DNA of 64,000 bases from Octopus bimaculoides (GCF_001194135.2 NC_068985.1:120417278-120481277); one strand, 5' to 3'; shown: positions 50,621-63,128, counted from the stretch's first letter. Notes: a model not told the origin generated them from the letters alone. Made by a program: numbers and translations.

Positions 50621-51017
50621 AATCTTTCGCAGCTTGGAATACAGCCAATTTATGCGAAAGAAAAAAAAAATGAAACTAAGAGAAAACTTAAGAAATTTAT
50701 TATTCTGGCGCCAACACTAACATGATCTCTTCAAAATATGCCCCGAAAATTTTTTTTTAAATTTATATAAATATCATATTATTTTCTTTCTTTTTTTTTT
50801 GTTTTGGTTTTGTAATTTCTTTCCTGTCTTGCAGCTTTGAATGACTTCCAAATAAAATACAGTTAAAAGTTTGAAAAGAAAAAAAAATGTTTTAGCAATT
50901 CCGGAAAATTTGTCAGCTTGTGTGCTTCTATGTTTTCGTGTGCGTATGTGCAATATTCGTATGTGCTTGTCTCTCTGTGTTTTCATCTCCCTCTCTCCTT
51001 CTCTCTCCATATACATG

Positions 51018-51130
51018 TATAGTAATACCTCGATATACGAGTTAATTTATTCCCGGAGACCGCTCGTAAAGCGAAAACCCGTAAAGCTGGGCAATAATTT
51101 CCCATAATAGCAGTGTTATAAATCGTAAAT
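51018..51130 (+). mobile_element. possible single terminus of a pogo/Tigger-like element
   Basis: TA|TAGTAATACCTCGATATACGAG resembles the terminal repeat of the MITE at 9652. No matching right end was found. Confidence 0.35.
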
Positions 51131-51258
51131 TGTTCCCAGAAAAATATTTCACCTATAAAATGTATAGTACTCATAGATAAATAGCAATAAAACAACAGTA
51201 GAATATAAAGAATATTTTTATGTAAAGTAAAAAATGTCAAGATCATTTATGATAAAAA

Positions 51259-51297
<39 letters not shown>

Positions 51298-51298
51298 G

Positions 51299-51345
<47 letters not shown>

Positions 51346-52447
51346 CGTTTTCTGAATCACTTTTACTCCCGCTAGACTCAGGAAAATCATCATTTGTAGA
51401 CGTGATCAGCGATTCACAAGCACTCGTAGACGGACTTGTAGATTTCATTTTCAAAAAACAAGTCTAGACTCATTTGCTTAAAAGAAGCTTGTGTGTTTCA
51501 AGTGAGGGTGGATGAGCATATAGATATAGGCGCATGAACGTGGGTGTGCCGGCGCGCATGTGTATATATAGACTTGTGCACTTACGCGAATACTATGGAC
51601 ATTTTTTACTCCCTTACCTTTACTCCCTCCCGTCACTTAGCGGTCATTCTATTAGCTCTTTGTCTTAATAACTGTCAATCATACTGCAATTTCCTTTTGT
51701 TTAACGGTCATTTTCATGGCATTTTTCCGATGGCCAGATAACTGAAGAGATGGCGGTGTGGGTTTCCGCCCCGACATCCGAAACTCGGAGTTTTATCATA
51801 GCTACCGAATAATTGTAACATATTATTTACAGATATATATATATATATATAAGGAGTAATTTTATATTCGAGTGTGCAGCTTGTAGTATGCTGTTGAAAG
51901 TCCCTTCACAGTATTCAGCTACCTGATGTCAACAACAGTATGAAAGTATAACCAACATCATTGGTATTTCGATAGATTCATTTCCTACGTGTGTTGGGAT
52001 TTTATTTTGACGGGTTTTGTTTATTTTACATTTATGTTACCCTGTATTGCAGCTTATGTACCTCAGCATATTTCTTAGGGATCTGCCACATTCAGATGTA
52101 AATTTTAGCTGAATCAATAGAGAATAAAATAATATCGTTGAATAAAATATATTCGTTCAAAGTTACATTTAACACGTTGAGTAAAATCCAACATGATATA
52201 ACCTTTCACTGCAACTTGACCAAGGGTTAATGTCGTGAACAACTTCACTTTAGTGTTTTTATTAGAATAATTCTATATTTATTGAGTTGTGTGGAAATGA
52301 GTTAGATTTCGTAGCTGACAAATTAGAACCAGAAGGTAAAACATGTGTCCTATGATCCAATGACGTCACTCACAATCCAAAATAAAATGTGTATTTACGC
52401 AAGTCATAGTGAAATATGTTTTCCAGGGACCCTTTCCGCAGTGACAA

Positions 52448-52645
52448 GGCGGCGAGCTGGCAGAGTCCCTACCGCGCCGGGTAAAAATCTTTAGCAGCAT
52501 TTTGTCCGTCACTATGTCTTGGTTTCAAATTCCACTGTAGTCGTCTTTGCCTTTCATTCTTTCGGTGTCGATAAAACTGGGGTTGATGTAATCAGCGTAT
52601 TCCCTCCACCGCAATTTCTGGCCTAGTGCCCAAATTTGAAACCAA
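52448..52645 (+). mobile_element. family-1 SINE with head, tail type 2
   Basis: GGCGGCGAGCTGGCAGAG...TTCAAATTCC...TTTGCCTTTCATTCTTTCGGTGTCGATAAAA...GGCCTAGTGCCCAAATTTGAAACC. Confidence 0.85.
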
Positions 52646-53630
52646 TATCGGTCAAGTAGATATTCCTGAATAATTTATACTTTTGTGCGTAATAAATGTT
52701 ATTTTTCACTTTCGTTTGACACTCGTTTCTTCTCTCTCTTCTTTTACCTTTTCAAACAGTTTGTTGTGCATCTTTTAGATGTCTTCGTAGTTATAATATA
52801 TGCTGAGTTTTGAGCATTTAATGCTTTTGGAATACATATAATCTACGGGACGCTCTGATCCACATGTTGGTTTCTATTTCCTGTTATATTTATTCCGTTT
52901 CATTAAAGCGAGGTGATGCATAATCTTATCTTTTAATTCCATATAATTATCTAGCTGTGTACATCTATAAGAATTTAACGTTAGTTGAAATTACTTGGAT
53001 TATTTACTGGAATACAGAATCGGTTGTAGCATGATCAACTTTTATCAGTAAAACCTCTGTGTTATATGTACAAAATTATAGTGCTTTATAATGGAGTGTA
53101 TCTTGAGGTGCAAACTGCAAATTTCGATATTGTTCTATCAATAGATAATTCTTAGCTTTAATACAAAAGATGGGCCATGCTTAACGAAATTATTGTTCAC
53201 ACATTGTGAGAGATGTAAAATATTCTGTTTCCATTCATTCGATTTCCAATAATGTATACTTTCCTCAGGCAAACATTCAGGCTGTACTGTTAAAACAGTT
53301 TTATTTTTTTCCTCCTGTCTCGTTTAGTTTACATTTACTATTCTATTTACTGATATACCATGGTGCTATTTTAATATCTGATTTTAACCATAAACTAAAT
53401 TCAAGGATGCAGTTATCTTTCTAATGTTCAACACATCTTTCCTAACTTACGCTTCTATTTTCGTACCAATGTGGAAGTCTCTGAGAAGTAACTCAACCTG
53501 CTAGATATCGAAGGCAAATAACCCTCAAATTATAACTTGCCATCTTAAAACGTGAACATATTGGAGAATTCAGTCTGTACATGTTATCTGAACAGAGATG
53601 ATCATTGTTGGAATACATTCTACCTTCAAA

Positions 53631-54611
53631 TGTATAAAAACACATTTGAATAATTCTACCTACGAATATATATTTATATACATATAGATAGATATGGAAA
53701 ATTTTATATGCTGTTATAAGCATTATTTATACATGTATATCTATGCGGTTATGACCATATATATTCTGCCTCTACTCAAATAAGGTTGACTCGGGGCTCA
53801 ATATCAACTGCGTAAGTTTCTCTCAAGCCATTTTGGAAGCCTAGAAATCGACACATATCTTTATGTATCCAAGAATTATGAAGGACATTAAAAAACATCA
53901 GAGAATACGAAGGTCACGTGCAGTGCCCCTTCTAAACTAGCAGTTTACAAACATTTTACGGTTATCTAGCGACAGAGAAAATTTTGATAAAGATTCAATT
54001 CTTTTATAATTTGAATTGACTTAAACTAAAATGACTTCACATAAGAAACTGAAATATTTATTACAGTTTTATATGATTTTGAAATCCTGATTCTTTTAAA
54101 ACAGTAAGTTTGGCTTGCTGCTTGAATAAGGATGCTTTTCGATCTTGACTTTGTTTAGCTTCTTACAAAAGAAATCCTCCTATTTTTCTGAATTATAAAA
54201 TGCCATATTAAGGGATATAAGTATTCGACATGATTTTCAAAATTGTAAATCTGTATTTATATTACATGATGTTTCATTTTATTTTCTCATTTCATTTTTA
54301 CTTTCAGGTGTATATTGAAATTTTATATTGATATAATACAAGCGATTTGTGACATAGCATGAAGTCAATTGAACATATCTCAGTGTTTTACTGGTACTTA
54401 TTTTATAAAACCTATTGTAATAGAAATGAAATAACCTTCAAAGAAGCATACATTTAAAAGAATATATCAATTGTTTATTTATTTATTTAATCTTGTATAA
54501 AAATACATTTGAATAATTCTACTTATGAATATATATTTATATACATATAGATAGATATGGAAAACTTTATATGCTGTTATAAGCATTATGTGTATGTGTA
54601 TGCGGTTATGA

Positions 54612-54620
<9 letters not shown>
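53631..54620 (+). repeat. dispersed direct duplication of about 130 bp (53631-53764 and 54494-54620)
   Basis: Both copies read TGTATAAAAA(C/T)ACATTTGAATAATTCTAC...GATATGGAAAA...TGCTGTTATAAGCATTAT...TATGCGGTTATGACCATATAT. Confidence 0.9.
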
Positions 54621-54647
<27 letters not shown>

Positions 54648-54843
54648 AAAAATTAAGGTACTCAGAAATCTGGATGTTTGTACATTTACAGATTTTTATT
54701 AATGTCACATATTAAATAAAGCGCTTTTCACCTGGTCGTGCAGGATTTTCAAATTGTTTTGAGAAAACTTTGCGGAGGGTCTCTTTATATAGTTTTATTG
54801 AGTGTGTAGGGGTGGAGAGAGAGAGATATATCGGATAGTAAGA

Positions 54844-54921
54844 GAGGGTGAGGAAAAGTGAAAGAGACAGAGGGTGAGGAAAAGTGAGAGAGACAGAGGG
54901 TGAGGAAAAGTGAGAGAGAGA
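54844..54921. repeat. 26-bp minisatellite, 3 copies (GAGGGTGAGGAAAAGTGARAGAGACA)
   Basis: Units start at 54844, 54870 and 54896. Confidence 0.9.
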
Positions 54922-56825
54922 GAGTGTGTGTGTGTGTGAGTGTGTGTTTTTTTGTGTTGGTGTGTGTGTCCGTGTGTGTAGGATATATATATCCTACAAC
55001 TCCAGCACCCGGCTGTGAGGTGGTGTCGATTCACTGACATTTTCTTATCATTTAAATGCAACGGAAGTACTGACCGAAATAGTAATAAATAAAACCAGAA
55101 AATAACAATAGTTACGTAATAACATTCATTCGTTTACTTGTTGTAAGCGAGAGGAACCTAACACGCTTCAGCAAGCGCCAATGTGACATCTCATACCTTT
55201 GTCATAGCCTTTAAAAAAGCTTTAATCTTAATGAAAGTAATTGTGTAACTCTAGTCCGTCTGTTTCACATACACACACAAACACATATATGTGTGTATAT
55301 GCGTCTGTTTTTAAGTTTATATATGGATGTTCCATGGGAATTTGGCTCAGAAAATTATCAGTAATCACGAGGTTCAGGGTTGGATCCTACGATGTGGTAT
55401 ATTGAGCTCGTGTCATTTATCATTGCCTTGCATCGATCGAATCTTTGTCAGTGAAATAGAGTATACACAAATTATGCGGAAGCTCATCGGACGGAATGTT
55501 CCTGGAATCAATGGTGCAGCCATGTTGCACACTGTCACGCTGATTTTACTGCGATTTGCATTCAGGTTACATGTCTAATTCTCTATAGAATACTTAGTCA
55601 CATGTTAATTCAGTTGATCGGATAATGGAATGCATTCGGAGATTCATTTCTTTACATACATTGATTTAAATAGTAGTGTTAATTAATCGTTGTGTCCCTT
55701 TATGTCCCTTAAGTTTGTGCCTCCATTATTAGAGCTAGATAAACCAAATGCTGGGACTAGTATCATCGACCAAACTTATACATGCTATGCTCCAGCATTG
55801 CCGTAATCCAATAATAGAAACTTATAACAGATGTCGACTGAAACGGGTGGAAATGTGTGCATATATACGTATTTGCTGTACAAACTTTGGAAATATTAAT
55901 ATATATGAATCTATCAATTACCAATAAATATCGATTAATCTCACGCAAGCTGCATAAAACCAGTCCAGTTCAATTTGCAAATACCTTGAAGATATGTTGA
56001 TAATATTCTCGCCAAATGGCGCGAAGGTCCAACACAATTACTCAGATAGGATTTCGTATTGGATGTGAATATTTCGATAATTAATCCAAAGAAAGGAAAG
56101 TAGTTATAGTTTTTAAGGGGCTGAATATAAATATATGGGGATTTGGAAGTTTCACTAGATCATGGAACGCAGGCGAACAAATCATTTTGGAATAAATATT
56201 TCCTGAAGCTGGTTGCTTTTGAGCCACACCTGGTTAACCCTGATCGAGCTGACCTCCAGGTTTGGTAAGATCATCTCATTTCGACTATCTAAATCTACAT
56301 TGTCCACTGTATCATTCATTCCCTTAAGCTGACATGTCATGCATAGGTTTCCTCATAAGATAGTACACATAGTTTTTTGGTTCAGAAAATTTGCTTCACT
56401 ACCACGTAATTCGGTGTTCAATATTCCTGCGAAGTACGTCAAAGACTATTGAGTGAATTTACGAAAGTAATGATGAGCGGCCGATTTGCATTTCGAATTT
56501 GAAGCTGCAGCTATTTATAAGCCTACAAAGAACATTTTGTACTAAATTTTGTCCCACTTGTAATTATGTATACAGTGAAGTAAATTTTGTTAAGTGAAAC
56601 CTGAGAACTACCATACTATGAAGAAAGGCTTCTTGCCATAACTGTCTCATATTTTACTCTGGGATACTATATCGCTGACTGTAGTATCTAATATGTCCAT
56701 ATAAATTTAAGGCATTAGCGAGCAGAATGAGGCATCTCGTTTACACAAAGGATAAATGTTCGTTTCTATAGACGTGCGAGCAGGGTTAAGAGACTGGTAC
56801 TAAACATGTTGATAAAGCAATATAT

Positions 56826-56877
56826 GTGTGTATGTGCGTGTGTATACATATTTATGTTTGTATTATGCACCCCCCCC

Positions 56878-56914
<37 letters not shown>

Positions 56915-56960
56915 TGCGTATGTGTGTATACATATTTATGTCTGTATTATGCAGACACCC

Positions 56961-56990
<30 letters not shown>
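56826..56990. repeat. tandem duplication of an approx. 85-bp microsatellite-rich unit
   Basis: GTGTGTATACATATTTATGT(T/C)TGTATTATGCA...CCCA(TA)n occurs twice. Confidence 0.8.
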
Positions 56991-56991
<1 letters not shown>

Positions 56992-57535
56992 CATATATAT
57001 CTTCAAAGTTTATAATAACATATACACGTGTATGCTTGTATGTATGTACATAAGTAAGTACCTATGTAGATATATAGATATTTATATATGAATTACTAAA
57101 ATGTTGCTCTATCAGACAATATTTGAAAGCAGTATTTTCAAATGAAAAATTCGAAATATTCCTATTTGAGAATTTTCTGAATTCTAATTTTTCCTCGAAG
57201 TAGAAAAACAAAACAAAGGATAAAAATACACACAACGACAGCATAGACTCAAACACACTTAACTGCAATTCATGTCAATCATGAAAACGTTCCATGGAGA
57301 CAATTTATGTGGTAGAACACACTAACCAACTGGTAATATTGGGATTGATGTGATCCCAATATTAGTAAATTATATAAGTAAATGATTCTGTTTCATTGTG
57401 ACAAACATGTGTTGCAATTCGAAATTGTATTTCATTCTTTCGGAGATTAATAAAAATAAAGTACTTATAAAGTACTAGGATCGATGTAATCAAGCAGCCC
57501 TCTCTTGTGCCAGAATTAGTAAAAAGAATTCTTCT

Positions 57536-57555
57536 TCTTATTATTATTATTATTA

Positions 57556-57614
<59 letters not shown>

Positions 57615-58715
57615 GAGTGAGAGAGCAGGGCATGCCATCAAAGTGACACTGGGGTAAAATATACGAAGCCCATTATACCCATCATGACTACCCGTCTGAT
57701 AAGGGTACACCAGGCACATGCATCACAACCATATGTGCGCGACATGGTGATCTCATATCAAGATAAACAGCGCATAACCTCGCAGGTGGGGCCCAGATAG
57801 AATTTTCTTCAGGTCGAGTAGCCCTTCCCCCTCAACAGGTCCCTGAATAAGGCTTGTTTAAGGATGTTGAGCAAAACACCCATGTTTCCAAAGGTGAATT
57901 ATTCAAACCCCAAAGAATTCCTCTCAACACATGGCTATGATACTCCCCCACTACTTCTGCTCATGATCAGAGATGCACATATCGTCAGCCACCAAGGGAT
58001 ATGCTCAACTGACAAGCAAATCTATGGTTTTGAGCAGAATATTTACTGTAGCCCATCTTTTATACCAAGACAAGACAATGTACATGATAATACTTTTAGG
58101 CCCTTTCTTTCAATATCATACTTCTTTTTCAGTGCCCTGTATTTTTGCTCGCTTTTAAGCACTCCTTTCTTTTTTCAGTCTAACACAGAAATGTCCTTCG
58201 AGAGCATATCTAACACTGCCTGTATTCTTCTTTTCCACTGTGGATCTTTTCTTTTGTCACTCCCATTATATTTCTTTTTCTTAACATCAACATCCACGTT
58301 TTCTACTACAACAATACCTGCTGCTTTGATCAAATTATTTGTTTCTGTGATGTTGTCTGTTCTGATGTATTTCTGAATTTCATTGGGATTTTTTGTTTCT
58401 TGTTTCAATTTTCACTGATGAATCTTTTTAAGGCTGCAAATAATGTCGCCATCGTTCTCCTCTGGTCTTGCCTGTATTCTATCGTAGATTGCCTTTTGTT
58501 CACCTGTCATGTCGCCATTAGTTTTATTGTCTTCTTTCATATCATCAACATGTCTCTCATCAAGTAAGCTACCACTTCTCCTTTCCTGTGCTATGAGATT
58601 ACTTCTATTAGTAAGAACTGTATTTTCATCGTTATCGCTCCTGCTATTTTCCAATACCTGTCTTTTGATAGCTTCGAGCACTACTTCTTTGAACCAACGA
58701 TATTTTTCTTATTGC
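57536..58715 (-). mobile_element. composite: R4/Dong-like N-terminal ORF fragment joined to about 480 bp of non-coding sequence ending in (AAT)n
   Basis: Minus-strand WFKEVVLEAIKRQV, IRTDNITETNNLIKAA, KDPQWKRRIQ and KYRALKKKYDIERKG down to about 58095. Then non-coding sequence to 57614 and (AAT)n at 57536-57614. Confidence 0.7.
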
Positions 58716-58722
58716 TCCAGCA

Positions 58723-58752
58723 GTTATTATTATTATTATTGATATTATTAAA

Positions 58753-58803
<51 letters not shown>

Positions 58804-59385
58804 GTTATTATTATCATCATCATTATGATTATTATTATTATTATTATTATTATTATCAAAGACTCTCGGATAGTCCTTAACCACCCGTTGTTCTTTACTT
58901 GAAAGCAAGCAACAACAAATCACCAAAGGTTTCTAGTAGTGCCTTCTCCAATAATTCAAAAAGAAAACACTCTCCTTAGCATTGTTGGGTACAGCTCGCA
59001 TTCTACCTTGTGGAACACCTCGAGCCTGACAGCAGCTCCTCCTATATTCTTAATATGTTTTTCAAAGCTCTTGGTAGCTGCTCCTAATGCTCCAATTACC
59101 ACCGGTATCACCATCACTTACCTCATGCACCATAACTTTCTTATCTCGTTCCGCAGTGGCTGGTATTTCTGAACCTTTACTGTTTCCTTACATTTAACCC
59201 TCAAATCGCCTGGCATTGCAATATTTATTATCTTTACTTCCTTTTTATCTTTATGGATGATCACGATATCTGGTCATCTCGCCTCTATGACTTGGTCGCA
59301 CTGTATGTAAAAATCCCAGAGTATTTTGTAATGTTCCATTTCCTTTACTCCTTCTGGCTTGTATTCATTTCATTGTTCGGTTATG
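58723..59385 (-). mobile_element. R4/Dong-like LINE 3' fragment with (TAA)n tail
   Basis: YKPEG...KILWDF...PDIVII...INIAMPGD...KYQPLRNEIRKLW...IPVVIGALG. Tail at 58723-58858. Confidence 0.88.
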
Positions 59386-59451
59386 TTATTATCATTATCA
59401 TCATCATCATAATCATTATTATTATTATTATTAATATTATTATTATATGAA

Positions 59452-59627
59452 GGCAGTGAGCGTCATTTTGTTCGTCTTTATGTTCTGAGTTCAACTTCCG
59501 CTACGGTCGACTTTACCTTGTATACTTTGGTGTCGCTAAAATAAGTACCAGTTGAGTACAGAGGTCGATGTAATCGACCTGCTCCGTCCCACCAAGATTC
59601 CAAACCTTGTGCCTATTGTTGCAAGGA

Positions 59628-59630
<3 letters not shown>
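59452..59630 (+). mobile_element. family-1 SINE, tail type 2, followed by (ATT)n; head-only copy at 59828-59915
   Basis: GTTCTGAGTTCAAC...AAATAAGTACCAGTTGAG...GTCGATGTAATCGAC...ACCTTGTGCCTATTGTTG. At 59828: GCGGCGAGCTGGCAGAATCGTTAGCACGCCGG. Confidence 0.8.
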
Positions 59631-59668
<38 letters not shown>

Positions 59669-59758
59669 NNNNNNNNNNCGCCGAGGTCGTCTTTACTAAT
59701 CATTGTTTGGGTGTTTATAAGATAGGTACCAGTTGTAGTCGACTTACCCCAGTACTAA

Positions 59759-59789
<31 letters not shown>

Positions 59790-59982
59790 ACTGCTAATGC
59801 TACTACATCTACTACTACTACTGTTAATGCGGCGAGCTGGCAGAATCGTTAGCACGCCGGACGAAATACTAAGAAGCATTTCGTGTATCTTTACATTCTG
59901 AGTTCAAATATTGCCTATATGTGTGCCTATATTATATATGCATACATATATACATACATACATATATACAGACAGACAGACA

Positions 59983-60018
<36 letters not shown>

Positions 60019-60097
60019 CAATGTTAATTCTCTAAATGAAGTATTAACAGTAACTGCACGATAAAGTGTAGTATATTGCCACATAAGTGTGGCTGAC

Positions 60098-60382
60098 CCC
60101 TAGGGGTGGATGTTACTGTTGCTTTTAACCCCAGGAGGACATCTCCTCCAACTGGCTTATCGACACACGACTGTGTCCTATTTGCCAAGGGAGTTATCCA
60201 AGGTCATCAGCTGTCGAACGCCGACGAAGGGAAATAACCCTGAAATCCGGATACGTTCGTGCTGCTGGTCGAGGTGAGAGGGATAACTCCCTTGGCAAAC
60301 AGGACACAGTCGTGTGTCGATAAGCCAGCTGGAGGAGATGTCCTCCTGAGGCTAAAAGCAACAGTAACATCCACCCCTAGGG
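60098..60382. repeat. long inverted repeat: 102-bp arms (60098-60199 and 60281-60382) with an 81-bp spacer, running into a gap
   Basis: The arms are reverse complements with 4 substitutions. Confidence 0.95.
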
Positions 60383-63127
60383 NNNNNNNNNNNNNNNNNN
60401 NNNNNNNNNNNNNNNNNNNNNNNNNNNNNNNNNNNNNNNNNNNNNNNNNNNNNNNNNNNNNNNNNNNNNNNNNNNNNNNNNNNNNNNNNNNNNNNNNNNN
60501 NNNNNNNNNNNNNNNNNNNNNNNNNNNNNNNNNNNNNNNNNNNNNNNNNNNNNNNNNNNNNNNNNNNNNNNNNNNNNNNNNNNNNNNNNNNNNNNNNNNN
60601 NNNNNNNNNNNNNNNNNNNNNNNNNNNNNNNNNNNNNNNNNNNNNNNNNNNNNNNNNNNNNNNNNNNNNNNNNNNNNNNNNNNNNNNNNNNNNNNNNNNN
60701 NNNNNNNNNNNNNNNNNNNNNNNNNNNNNNNNNNNNNNNNNNNNNNNNNNNNNNNNNNNNNNNNNNNNNNNNNNNNNNNNNNNNNNNNNNNNNNNNNNNN
60801 NNNNNNNNNNNNNNNNNNNNNNNNNNNNNNNNNNNNTATATATATATATATATGTATATATTACTCACAAATTGAAAGGAAAATTAAAATGAACAATGTC
60901 CTGCAAAAGAGAACAAAAGCATTTTAATTACATTTAAAGGTCTGATTGTCTGCGATATATTGTTGCAAGTTATGATTATTACGTATCAAACTAATTCATG
61001 TTACACACCACGAATTAATGTTGCTAAAAGTGATGCAATCGTTGATATCAACACGGAACAGAGTGTATAATATTATTTGGCTCAAATCATATTTACACGG
61101 AAGATGCTTTTTCTTCTGACAACAGAGAAAAATCATTCTGTTTAAAAATAAAGAAAATGAAAATAAATAGATCTTGAAATTTATGTTTTCTGTACTTTTC
61201 AAACCACAGAAATGCTGACCTCTTTCTTTCAGAATTTAAATCAATCTTCCATGTTGACAGTGATTTAATATACCATTTTTGACATTTTCTCATAATTGAT
61301 TGCTTATTCTGGCAGAGAATATATTTTGGTGGGAAGCCAGTAACTTTCTCTTTTATCTGATGTTTCCCATGTTATTTTCTTTTTACTCTTTTACTTAAAA
61401 GACTATATTCTGGTTCTTATAATTGCAATATAAATGTAATTTATTTATATTTAGTTTCTCTTAAACTTTCTACAAGCAAGCTATAAATACAAGAGTCCAA
61501 GCATACCTACTTTTAATATAAAGCATCCCAACGCAAACCCGTTTTATAGAATGTAACAACCAATTTCTTCCAAAGCTTAGGGCGTTCAGTGAAGTGGAAG
61601 TAATAAGGATTAGATTCTTTTTTTCTGATCACCATAATTTGCAAATGCATATGTTGTGGTAACATGTGCCATGCTTTTGAATTTGTTTTTTTGTATTTAT
61701 GTAGCCATCAGGAGACATAGAATTGGACCTCAAATCCTTGAAACAGCGAAAGAACGTGAAGTTGACAACAGTTAAGATAAAGAATAGCGTTCGTACTCCA
61801 CTGGTATTCAATTTCAGCTGGGTAGACATGAGCAATGTGAAATGAAGTATATCACTCAATGATACAGCTCCCCGTCGAATCTAATATTCGAGTCTACAAA
61901 TTCATGTCAGAGAATCCTACCACTGATCTACGAGGCCACGTGCCTTCACCTTTATAAAAAAAAAAGCTGACATGTAAATGCGAGTAGTGAAGGGATTTGA
62001 TCTTTTGACAGCAAACTTACGAATAAATAATAAATAAAGTTTTGAGTTTGTTCAGTGTTGATTCGTTATCATTTGTAAAATATATGATAATAGAGTAGGA
62101 GTGAATCGAGTGAATCTAGATTCAGGTCATGGCCGACTAATGCCTTGAGAATAAATTTGATTGACGCAACGTACACACGCACACAAATATGTTGGTCTCT
62201 CGCTGAAGCAGTCATCGAAGCAGAAAGTAAAACCAAAGAATAATCTTGTAACAAGGCTTATCGAGAACATGTGCACATATTTTTATTAAGATATATTGGG
62301 TTTTGCCATATAAGAGTTACTTTATGTAATTATTTCATGTGTCCTTATATATCCCTCGCACACTGTATGTACATACATATATGCATATGAGTACTTATGT
62401 GTTTGCATTTGCGTGTGTGTGCCTGTCTCTTGTCATTTTATAGCTGGTAGTGGTTCGTTTTCCTCAGTATCACTTAGGTGCACGACAAAAATGATCGATG
62501 GAATAAGTACCAGATTTTAAAACTATACCATGCGGTCAAATTGTTCGAGCGAACACTTGAAGGCGGTGCCCCAGCACAGGCGACAATAAATGAGGGAACA
62601 AGTAAAACAGTAAAAGAATATATTATTGACATTTATGCTGACTCGAGAGAGACGCCCCGTAGTTATTTACTTGCTGGAACTGACGGTTCTTATATCCCTC
62701 AGATTCAACCCCGCCATATTAGTAGGGAGCTGACCAAGATAAAGTAAAAGGGAAGGTCGCTGTTGCAAGAGTTTTTTATTATAGGTGTTATAACACGGCT
62801 CAAGAGCTGGATCTAAACAGAGAGATGATATTTATTTCGAAAATGTGAAATGAAGAGAGATCAAGCAGTTGTGTTGGATTTGGAATTCAGAATTGCAGAA
62901 AGTAATATAACAAAACTATGGAATTGTTCGGCGGACATTCAATAAATTGTGCCTCCAATATATGTAATTTCTTCAAAATTCATATCGATTTCTATATAGT
63001 TTTTCCGTAAGGCATTTCGGAAAATTAAAAATTTAATACTTTTCAAAGTCTAGACGTTCAGTGGCAATTGTGCATGTGTTCATCTATTCAAATTATGTTG
63101 ATATTCTGACAATATTTCTTATCTGCA

Positions 63128-63128
63128 C

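Larger units (their letters stand above)
8648..60836. other. assembly gaps (N runs) at about 8648-9647, 11261-11477, 12430-13119, 15149-15505, 18585-18667, 37795-38423, 39110-39994, 46417-47114 and 60383-60836, plus small 10-N gaps
   Basis: Directly visible. Most gaps are flanked by (TA)n, (CA)n or (TAGA)n, as expected for a short-read assembly. Confidence 0.99.

Noticed and set aside
54977-54998. 22-bp perfect palindrome TGTAGG(AT)5CCTACA
   Set aside because: The (AT)5 centre is self-complementary by nature; 6-bp arms can arise by chance.
17239-60242. AAGGGAAATAACCC shared between 17239/17286 and the spacer of the inverted repeat at about 60228
   Set aside because: Only a 14-bp match, with no extension on either side.
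60200-60280. Possible HDV-like ribozyme or RTE 5' UTR in the fold-back spacer
   Set aside because: I could not assemble the nested P1/P1.1/P2/P3/P4 pseudoknot by eye; a covariance-model search would be needed.
8610-60927. Long ORFs containing X, and poly-Y, poly-I, poly-N, poly-L or (YI)n/(HT)n/(CV)n ORFs
   Set aside because: They are read-through of N gaps and microsatellites, not genes.
61705-61850. Possible exon after a T-rich acceptor (PSGDIELDLKSL... or IRRHRIGPQILETAKER...)
   Set aside because: No convincing donor site and no recognisable protein family.
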